Below are positions 28,117 through 35,755 of a stretch of DNA of 35,755 nt, one piece after another. The stretch comes from a virus. The translations under genes and the position numbers were made by a program. A model generated the notes under the pieces. It did not search any database, was not told where the DNA came from, and saw nothing but the letters and a program-made list of their open reading frames with translations. Numbering within the stretch: the stretch's first letter is position 1; every line of letters starts with the position of its first letter. The stretch lies in IMG/VR virus record IMGVR_UViG_3300012347_000068, positions 1 through 35,755 of that record, one strand, 5' to 3'.

Positions 28117-29635
28117 TTGGCCTCCTGCTCATTTGACTCCTGTGCCTGAGTTGGGCATTTTGCAGGGTGATGGCGAGTTTGCTATTGAGTTCGCTGAAAC
28201 CTTTGGCTCTATTGGTAAAGACGGTATTGCTGGTGCTGCGGGTGAGGCTCTTAGGTTGCGTGATTGGCAACAAGAACTTCTGAAGCGTTTGTATGCTCGT
28301 GACGCTAATGGTGGGTTGTTGTTTCAGACTGCGCTTATCGGTATGCCTCGTAAGAATGGGAAGAGTGCGCTCTCGTCTGCGGCTATTGGACTTTATTCCC
28401 TAATTGCTGAGGGAATTAACGGTGGTGAGGTTATTGCGGTAGCTGCGGAAAAGGAACAGGCTCGCATCGTGTTTGGTGAAGCGAAGCGTATGGTTGAGGA
28501 TTCGGAACTTGCCGACATGGTTACCGTGTACAAGGACTCTATCTTTGTGCCTAGCACTAACTCTGTGTTCAAGGTTGTGTCTGCGGAAGCGTATTCCAAG
28601 GAAGGTTTGAACCCGTCTCGCGTCATCATGGACGAGCTTCACGCTCACAAGAACCGTGAAATCTTTGACGTGTTTTCGCTCGCTATGGGTAACCGTGGCA
28701 AAATCGGTCAGTTGGTGGCAATTACTACCGCTGGTGTGAAGTCAGACTCGACAGGCCAAGACTCTACCTGCTATTCGCTGTACAACTATGGCAAACGTGT
28801 GGCTTCGGGCGAAGTAGAAGACCCTAACTTCTTCATGGCTTGGTGGGAGGCTCCTGAGGAGATGGATCACCGTGACCCTGCAGCTTGGGAGATTGCTAAT
28901 CCTGGTTATGGTGACATTGTTTCGGCTGAGGACTTTGCTTCGGCGGTTAAGCGTACTCCTGAGGCTGAGTTTCGTACTAAGCGCCTTAATCAATGGGTGT
29001 CGTCGCAGATTTCGTGGTTGCCTACTGGCACTTGGGATGCTTGCGCTGACCCGCGTGAGATTAGCCCTGACGATGAGATTGTGTTGGGTTTCGACGGTTC
29101 GTTCTCTGGTGACACCACGGTAATCGTTGGTTCTACTGTGCCTAAGGGCGAGGACGAGGTTCCTCATGTATTCCTTGTAAAAGCATGGGAAAAGGATGAG
29201 AACATCCACGATGACTCTTGGCGTGTGAACATTGCTGAGGTTGAAGAGGAAATTTTGAACTTCTGCCGTGATTACCCGCGCGTGCGTGAAGTTGCCTGTG
29301 ACCCGTTCCGTTGGCAACGCTCCATGGAGGTTCTAGCTGACCAAGGTGTACCGATTGTTGAGTACCCGTCTACAAGTGCCCGACGCATGGTTGTGGGCTG
29401 TGCCAAGTTCTTCGACTATGTGACTGAGAAACGTGTGACTCATAACGGTGACCCGTTGCTGGCTCGCCATTTGTCTAACGCTGTGACTAAGACTGACAAC
29501 ATTGGTGTGCGTATTGTCAAGGAAAACCGTGCTAGTGCCCGCCGTATTGACGCAGCTGTTGCGGCGGTCATTGCGGTCGATAGAGCAACGGCAGGTAGAA
29601 TGGAAATACAGGTTATTCCTGAGTTCTTTATGTAA
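28109..29635 (+). CDS. Terminase large subunit
   Basis: It has LRDWQQELL...GMPRKNGKSAL (Walker A-like), MDELHAH and a C-terminal nuclease-like region. It overlaps terS by 8 nt. Confidence 0.92.
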   Translation: MANWPPAHLTPVPELGILQGDGEFAIEFAETFGSIGKDGIAGAAGEALRLRDWQQELLKRLYARDANGGLLFQTALIGMPRKNGKSALSSAAIGLYSLIAEGINGGEVIAVAAEKEQARIVFGEAKRMVEDSELADMVTVYKDSIFVPSTNSVFKVVSAEAYSKEGLNPSRVIMDELHAHKNREIFDVFSLAMGNRGKIGQLVAITTAGVKSDSTGQDSTCYSLYNYGKRVASGEVEDPNFFMAWWEAPEEMDHRDPAAWEIANPGYGDIVSAEDFASAVKRTPEAEFRTKRLNQWVSSQISWLPTGTWDACADPREISPDDEIVLGFDGSFSGDTTVIVGSTVPKGEDEVPHVFLVKAWEKDENIHDDSWRVNIAEVEEEILNFCRDYPRVREVACDPFRWQRSMEVLADQGVPIVEYPSTSARRMVVGCAKFFDYVTEKRVTHNGDPLLARHLSNAVTKTDNIGVRIVKENRASARRIDAAVAAVIAVDRATAGRMEIQVIPEFFM

Positions 29636-29645
29636 GGGTGGTTTT

Positions 29646-29780
29646 ATGTTGGCTACTGTGTTACAGGCGGTTGGTATAGCCGTCGTTTCTCTCGGTGTTG
29701 GCCTTTGGTTTCCACCTGCGGGCGTTATTGTCGCTGGCGTAGGGATTGTTTTGTTTGGTCTAGCCTTGGAGCGTAAGTAA
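29646..29780 (+). CDS. 44-aa two-TM peptide between terL and the portal gene
   Basis: RBS aagggtgg. The sequence is MLATVLQAVGIAVVSLGVGLWFPPAGVIVAGVGIVLFGLALERK. The stop overlaps the portal ATG (TAATG). Confidence 0.5.
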   Translation: MLATVLQAVGIAVVSLGVGLWFPPAGVIVAGVGIVLFGLALERK

Positions 29781-31114
29781 TGTTGGGTCGTTTGACTGAA
29801 AACCGTGCGATTAGTTATCAGACGGTTTGGGGTTCTGGTGCAGAGTCAAGCCTTGAGAACAACGCTGGTGTGGCTATTAACGCTCAGAGCGCGTTTGAGG
29901 TTGTTGCGTTCTTCTCAGCCGTCAGCCTAATCTCTGACACCATTTCTACTCTGCCAGTGGACACTTTCGTTCGCACCGATGGCACTCGTCGCCCTTACCG
30001 TCCTCGCCCAACTTGGGTTGATCAGCCAGACGTAGACAACACCCGTCAAGCCTTCTGGCAACAAAACCTTGTTTCGCTAATGGTTTCAGGCAACGCTTAC
30101 ACGCGTATCTTCCGTGACCGCCAAGGCGAAATCGTCAACCTTATCGTTCTTGACCCTGAACAAGTCACTGTTAGCCGTAACGGTCAGGGTCGTAAGATTT
30201 TTACTTACGCTGGCGAAGACAAAGCTCTTACCGCACGCGAGATTATCCACATTACTGACGTACTAGAGCCAGGCGCTCTTAAGGGCATTAGCCGTGTAAG
30301 CCGCCTATCTGACGCTTTGGGTGTTGCTTCAGCGCTTCAGCAGTATGCAGCTCGCTTCTTCGGTCAGGGCGCTACCACTCAGGGCGTTATTGAGTTCCCT
30401 GGCCCTATTTTGACTAAGGAGCAGGCAACTACTCTTGCTAATGGTTTCGACAGTCGCCACAAGGGTTTGAAGAACTCGCACAAGACTGGTGTTCTTTCGG
30501 GTGGGGCAACCTACAAGTCAACCTCTGTTGACAACGATTCGGCACAGTTCCTTGAGTCTCGTCGCTTTGCGGTGGAAGAAGTTGCGCGTTTGTTTAACAT
30601 TCCACTGTCAATGATGGGTATTCCTGGTACTCAGTCGTATGCTTCGGTGGAACAGAATGCTATTCAGTTTGTTGTGCACACTTTGCGTCCATACATTGAG
30701 AAACTTGAGTGGTCTTTCAGCCAGTTGCTCCCAAACAACGCGTTCTTGAAGTTCAACGTTGATGGTTTGCTCCGTGGAGACTTCCAAACCCGCATTCAGG
30801 GCTACTCGGTTGCCTCTCAGGCTGGTTTCATGAGCCTAAACGACATCCGTAGACTCGAAGACCTGCGTCCTGTTGATGGTGGAGACGTTTACCGTGTGCC
30901 ACTAGCCAACGTAAACCTGTCAGCTGCGTCACTTCCTGAGGAAGAAGGCAAGGTTGGCATGATTAAGAAGTTGATTGACGCTGGTTTTGACCCTAATGAG
31001 ACTCTTGCAGCGTTCGGTATGGCTCCTATCGCCCACACTGGTGTTCCTACTAACCAGTTGCAGTCTGTTGCACAGATTAACCCTGAAGATCCAGAGAGCG
31101 TTTACGGAGTCTAA
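29780..31114 (+). CDS. Portal protein (HK97 family)
   Basis: It has ARFFGQGATTQGVIEFPG...SHKTGVLSGGATYKS...AQFLESRRFAVEEVARLFNIPLSMMG, typical of Phage_portal proteins. Confidence 0.92.
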   Translation: MLGRLTENRAISYQTVWGSGAESSLENNAGVAINAQSAFEVVAFFSAVSLISDTISTLPVDTFVRTDGTRRPYRPRPTWVDQPDVDNTRQAFWQQNLVSLMVSGNAYTRIFRDRQGEIVNLIVLDPEQVTVSRNGQGRKIFTYAGEDKALTAREIIHITDVLEPGALKGISRVSRLSDALGVASALQQYAARFFGQGATTQGVIEFPGPILTKEQATTLANGFDSRHKGLKNSHKTGVLSGGATYKSTSVDNDSAQFLESRRFAVEEVARLFNIPLSMMGIPGTQSYASVEQNAIQFVVHTLRPYIEKLEWSFSQLLPNNAFLKFNVDGLLRGDFQTRIQGYSVASQAGFMSLNDIRRLEDLRPVDGGDVYRVPLANVNLSAASLPEEEGKVGMIKKLIDAGFDPNETLAAFGMAPIAHTGVPTNQLQSVAQINPEDPESVYGV

Positions 31115-31455
31115 ATGATTAACCCAGGCACTTATAACATCACTTGTCCACAGGGCGCGACTTGGGATAGAACTTTTAACATTTCTATTGGTGGCACTGC
31201 CCTTGATTTGACTGGTTACACTGCGGCTATGCAGGTTCGTGAGTCTGCGGGCGCTGCTACGGCCCTTATTAGCCTGACTAACGGTGCGGGTATCACTTTG
31301 GGTGGTACTGCTGGAACTATTGGTGTTGTGGTGGCCGCCACAGCCTCAGCTGCTATTGCTTCGGGTTCTTATTCGTATGACCTTGAACTTAACTCGGGTA
31401 GCACTGTGACTCGTTTGCTTGAAGGTTCTTTTAACGTGACAGGTAATGTGACTCG

Positions 31456-31459
<4 letters not shown>
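31115..31459 (+). CDS. Small beta-sandwich-like protein (possible fibre anchor, BppU-N-like)
   Basis: The pattern TGYTAAMQV...GSYSYDLEL...[10 protein letters not shown] recalls the N-domains of baseplate or fibre proteins (from memory). It is start-coupled to the portal gene. Confidence 0.5.
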
Positions 31460-32520
<1,061 letters not shown>

Positions 32521-32523
32521 ATT

Positions 32524-33231
32524 ATGGCTTTGGCTCAGGCAGTTTATGCGGTTGGTACAGCAGCTGTAACGGTTGTTGCTCCGACTAATGATTATGTGAA
32601 GTATGCGTTGAAGAATCTGCAACCTAAGGGTGTGGATGAGATGGCGCGTGACGGTTATGTTTGGGCGCTGTTTAATAGACGTGACTTAACTGCTGGGCAA
32701 GTTGAAAATCTTAGTTTTATGACTGGCCCTACTGGCGCACAGTTTGACTATGCTCAATTGATTTCTGAAACTGCATCGATTTATTCGACCATTATTGAAG
32801 CGCCTACTGTAACTGTAAATGATGGCGCAATTCCTGTGCGTAACTTGAACCGCAACTATACGGATAGCCCACAGGCTGTTATTAAAGTTGCTACTTCGGT
32901 GACTGGCGGAACCGTTGTTCAAGCCGAATTTGTTACGGCAAGCAACCAGGGTGGCGGTGCAACATCAAACGCAAAGATTATTACTTTGAAACCAAATACT
33001 CAGTATGTGTTGCAGGCGACAAATGTGGGTAACCAAACAACCTCTTGGTATTCACAAATTGGTTTCTCAGAGCATTACAACGGTTACAACAACATTTGGT
33101 TGCAAACAGTAAATGATTCGTATGCGTTGAAGCCTGGTGACGAACTAATTATGGAACTTCCACCACTTGCCACAATCAACGCAACATCACTAATGAACAG
33201 CAACAAACTATCGGTTATGAGGATTGACTAA
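32524..33231 (+). CDS. Beta-rich 235-aa protein, putative distal domain of the fibre module
   Basis: The composition is protein-like, Asn/Thr/Val-rich. It lies directly after the collagen-like gene. No motif recognised. Confidence 0.55.
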   Translation: MALAQAVYAVGTAAVTVVAPTNDYVKYALKNLQPKGVDEMARDGYVWALFNRRDLTAGQVENLSFMTGPTGAQFDYAQLISETASIYSTIIEAPTVTVNDGAIPVRNLNRNYTDSPQAVIKVATSVTGGTVVQAEFVTASNQGGGATSNAKIITLKPNTQYVLQATNVGNQTTSWYSQIGFSEHYNGYNNIWLQTVNDSYALKPGDELIMELPPLATINATSLMNSNKLSVMRID

Positions 33232-34487
33232 TGCCGTACTACATTGAAAAAGATAACGAAGCCTGCAAATCAGGTTGGGCTGTAACAGGTGATACTGGCG
33301 TAGTACACGGTTGCCACACTACTAAGGCTTCTGCCATCAAACAGGCTGTTGCTATCAGCATTTCTACTGAGGAACCGTTTGCTGGTGAACGAGCTGCTGT
33401 TGATTCCCTAGAACCAGGCGATTATGTTACTTGGAACATTTTTGACCCAGAGATTGTCGCTGAAGTTGAAATGGTCGAAGGTCAAATGGCCGTCTTACGC
33501 ATTTACGACGAAGAAGATGGCATTTTCATGGCTACTGACAAGTACATGATTATGAACGTTCTCAAGTTGGAAAAAATTGGTCGCCCTGAGATGGTTGCTG
33601 AAGAATTTGAACCTGAAGAAGTACCTGCAGAGCCTGCTCCGACGATGCTTGACCGTGCTAAAGCATTGATTGCTAGGATTGATGTAAAGAACGAAAGTGA
33701 ATCTATGACTGAGCCAGTATTGGACGAAGCCCGCGACAAGTGGGTCACAGCCGCTTGGAAGATTAAGTCACGTCTTGAGGGCACTGAGGGGCGTTCGCTT
33801 GGTGGCATTGAAACTCGTGCTAACCATGTTGAACTTCGCGCTGAGGGTGACGGCATGACCTTCACAGGTTACGCGTCCGTATTCAACGAGCCGTCTCTTC
33901 CATTGCCGTTCACTGAAATCGTTAAGCCTGGCGCTTTCAAGCGTTCGCTTCAGTCACGCAACCGTATGATGCTGTTGTGGAACCACGACACCTCTAACCC
34001 GCTTGCTTCAACTCGTAACGGATCGTTGCAGCTTGTTGAAGATGCTCGCGGGCTAAAGGTTACTGCAACCTTGCCTGACACAACCCTCGGGCGCGATATA
34101 GCCCATTTGGTGAAAATTGGCACAATCGATGCCATGTCGTTTGGATTTTCAGTCCGTAAGGACTCCTGGTCACAAGACGGGAATACTCGCTACCTAGAAG
34201 ACGTTTCTCTCAGCGAAGTAAGTTTGGTTTCCACGCCTGCGTACGAACAAACTTCAGGCACTGTATCTGTTCGTGCAGAAGTTCGTGACATTGACGCGGA
34301 TCAGTTGGCTAACGCAATGGCTAAACTAGAATCAGGTGAGGAACTAGGAGCAGAAGACGCTTCACTTCTTACCGAGATTGTAAACAAACTTTCCAAAACT
34401 GAGGACACTCCTGAAGTTGAGGAAACTGAGGGTGACATTACTGCCCTTTACAAAGCAAAATTGGCACTAGCAGAGATGGGCAACTAA
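33231..34487 (+). CDS. Prohead maturation protease (HK97 / S78 family) with a ~190-aa N-terminal extension
   Basis: The protease core is ELRAEGDGMTFTGYASVFN...PGAFKRSL...LLWNHD...GLKVTATLPDT..GRD...IDAMSFGF...EVSLVSTPAY. The N-terminal 190 aa are unassigned. Confidence 0.85.
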   Translation: MPYYIEKDNEACKSGWAVTGDTGVVHGCHTTKASAIKQAVAISISTEEPFAGERAAVDSLEPGDYVTWNIFDPEIVAEVEMVEGQMAVLRIYDEEDGIFMATDKYMIMNVLKLEKIGRPEMVAEEFEPEEVPAEPAPTMLDRAKALIARIDVKNESESMTEPVLDEARDKWVTAAWKIKSRLEGTEGRSLGGIETRANHVELRAEGDGMTFTGYASVFNEPSLPLPFTEIVKPGAFKRSLQSRNRMMLLWNHDTSNPLASTRNGSLQLVEDARGLKVTATLPDTTLGRDIAHLVKIGTIDAMSFGFSVRKDSWSQDGNTRYLEDVSLSEVSLVSTPAYEQTSGTVSVRAEVRDIDADQLANAMAKLESGEELGAEDASLLTEIVNKLSKTEDTPEVEETEGDITALYKAKLALAEMGN

Positions 34488-34657
34488 TGGCTACCAAAGA
34501 AGAAATTGACATTGCAGTAAAGGTTGTGGCAGACTTTGCTGGCAACCCTGATTCTGGTGTGATTGCAGAACTACTAAAGGACTTGGTAAAGTCCGTTGAG
34601 AAGTCTTCTACCTCGCCCAAAGAAGCGCGAGTCGTAGAAGCAAAAGAAACCCGCTAA
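34487..34657 (+). CDS. 56-aa protein between the protease and the MCP (not in the ORF track)
   Basis: TAATG coupling to the protease. The sequence is MATKEEIDIAVKVVADFAGNPDSGVIAELLKDLVKSVEKSSTSPKEARVVEAKETR. Confidence 0.45.
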   Translation: MATKEEIDIAVKVVADFAGNPDSGVIAELLKDLVKSVEKSSTSPKEARVVEAKETR

Positions 34658-34676
34658 CTTCCCATAGCGTTTCTTT

Positions 34677-34716
34677 CCCCCGTCGGTTATCCCTTTTCCG
34701 GCGGGGGTTCTTTTTT
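34677..34716 (+). terminator. Rho-independent terminator upstream of the capsid gene
   Basis: Stem cccccgtcgg / ccggcggggg (34677-34686 / 34698-34707, one U-G pair) with an 11-nt loop, followed by ttctttttt. Confidence 0.7.
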
Positions 34717-34829
34717 ACGCGTGTGCAAGCGTCCACTAAACTTGTTAGTAATGGCTCTGAGTTTGCTCGGTCAGGTTCTGTTCTGCGTTTGCGCGGCAGG
34801 TTAATAATTCATTTCTATTAAGGAGAATC

Positions 34830-35755
34830 ATGTCAGAGTTCATTAAAACTCAGGCTGAGGTTCGCAGCAACCTTGTTGCTCAGATGCGCGAAGTCATTGA
34901 CATTGCAGAATCAGAGAAGCGTGGACTAACTGCTGAGGACACTCAGAAGATTGCTCGTCTAGAGGCCGACATCGAAGCCCGCGACGCTGCTATCAACACT
35001 GCTACCAAGGTTGCCGACCGTGAGGCTCGCGCTTCAGAGGCAGCTTCACAGTTCATCATGCCAGAGAAGGCTTCGGCTAACGATGCAGATCTTCTACGCG
35101 CTATTGCTCGTGGCGAGGTTCGTGGACACGAGTTCGAAAGCCGTGCAGCTCTTGTACCGTCTTCGAACACTGTTGGTCAGTCGTTCTACTCACGCGTGTT
35201 TGAAGTTGCTCAGATGGTTGGCCCTATGCTAACCACCTCAGAGGTCTTCAACACCACCTCAGGTGAGAACCTAGTTATCCCAACCGTTACTGCTCTATCA
35301 TCTGCTGGTTCAGTAGCTGCTGGTTCAGCAATCTCAGAGTCGAACCCAACCTTCTCATCAATCACCCTTGGTGCTGAGAAGTACGGTGCGCTTGTATCAA
35401 TCGCTTCAGAACTTGTTGCAGATGCAGGCTTCGACATCACTGGTTACATTGCTCAGGAACTCGGTAAGGCTATCGGTATCCAGACCAACTCAGTTCTAAC
35501 CACCAAGTTGGCTACTGCTGCTGGTTCAGCAGTAACTGGTGGAACTGGTGTCGCTGGTGCGTTCACCTACGAGAACCTAGTTGACCTTGTTTACGCAATC
35601 GACGGCGCAGCTCGTATGCTTCCTTCGACTGGTTTCCAGATGAGCAAGACTGGTCTAGCGACCGCTCGTAAGCTCAAGGATGGCAACGGTTCATACATCT
35701 GGACTGACTCTGCTGTTCCTGGTCAGGCTGCAACCCTTCTTGGTTACTCGGTTTA
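34830..35755 (+). CDS. Major capsid protein (HK97 family), N-terminal part including the delta/scaffolding domain; runs off the window end and continues at 1..275
   Basis: RBS aaggagaatcATG. The coiled-coil N-terminus is MSEFIKTQAEVRSNLVAQMREVIDIAESEKRGLTAEDTQKIARLEADIEARDAA. The HK97-like core is SFYSRVFEVAQMVGPM...LGAEKYGALVSIASELVADAGFDI...YENLVDLVYAID. It is absent from the ORF track because it has no stop in the window. Confidence 0.92.
   Translation, partial: MSEFIKTQAEVRSNLVAQMREVIDIAESEKRGLTAEDTQKIARLEADIEARDAAINTATKVADREARASEAASQFIMPEKASANDADLLRAIARGEVRGHEFESRAALVPSSNTVGQSFYSRVFEVAQMVGPMLTTSEVFNTTSGENLVIPTVTALSSAGSVAAGSAISESNPTFSSITLGAEKYGALVSIASELVADAGFDITGYIAQELGKAIGIQTNSVLTTKLATAAGSAVTGGTGVAGAFTYENLVDLVYAIDGAARMLPSTGFQMSKTGLATARKLKDGNGSYIWTDSAVPGQAATLLGYSV
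35701..35755. repeat. 55-bp exact terminal duplication of bases 1-55
   Basis: ggactgactctgctgttcctggtcaggctgcaacccttcttggttactcggttta is present at both ends and lies inside the capsid gene. Confidence 0.95.

Overview
The window is a complete tailed dsDNA phage genome of about 35.70 kb of unique sequence. Bases 1-55 are repeated exactly at 35701-35755, so the contig closes on itself, and the HK97-type major capsid gene (34830..35755) continues into 1..275.

Nearly all genes are on the + strand. The exceptions are an HNH gene (335-811) and a whiB-like gene (13948-14289).

Gene order:
- Major capsid protein (MCP, wrapping the contig junction), then an antisense HNH gene.
- A 3-gene glycosyltransferase/cytidylyltransferase cassette.
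- Head-tail connectors, major tail protein, and G/G-T chaperones with a CCCAAAA -1 slip site.
- An intrinsic terminator plus one extra gene, then the tape measure.
- Distal and minor tail proteins, including three tandem paralogues, then an HNH gene.
- Lysis genes: an M23 peptidase and membrane proteins.
- whiB (-), then a YqaJ exonuclease plus a Rad52-like annealase, then an HNH gene.
- A C5-methyltransferase broken across three frames.
- A replication-organiser-like gene, a mini-SSB, RusA, Cys-repeat proteins, dUTPase and small ORFs.
- A metallophosphoesterase-like gene, tRNA-Asn and a degenerate tRNA-like element.
- An FmdB zinc ribbon and an HNH gene.
- An intergenic region with iterons and two SOS-box-like palindromes.
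- A compositionally distinct cassette of 5-6 small ORFs, then a CA-rich noncoding stretch.
- terS (P27 family), terL, portal, a collagen-like fibre module, prohead protease, and back to the MCP.

I recognised no integrase, repressor, DNA polymerase, primase or helicase, so the phage is probably virulent and dependent on host replication.

The host is probably an actinobacterium with moderate GC (GC not computed). The basis is WhiB, the GAAC-N4-GTTC boxes, and an N-terminus and Cys-repeat HNH proteins that I recall as typical of actinophages.

The items most worth following up are:
- the sugar/CDP-alcohol cassette inside the virion operon;
- the collagen/CBM-like fibre module inside the head operon;
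- the triplicated tail paralogues;
- the twice +1-shifted methyltransferase with a 239-nt region that reads as protein in two frames;
- the SOS-box-fronted, compositionally foreign cassette between the HNH gene and terS.

All calls come from reading motifs by eye. No database search was run.
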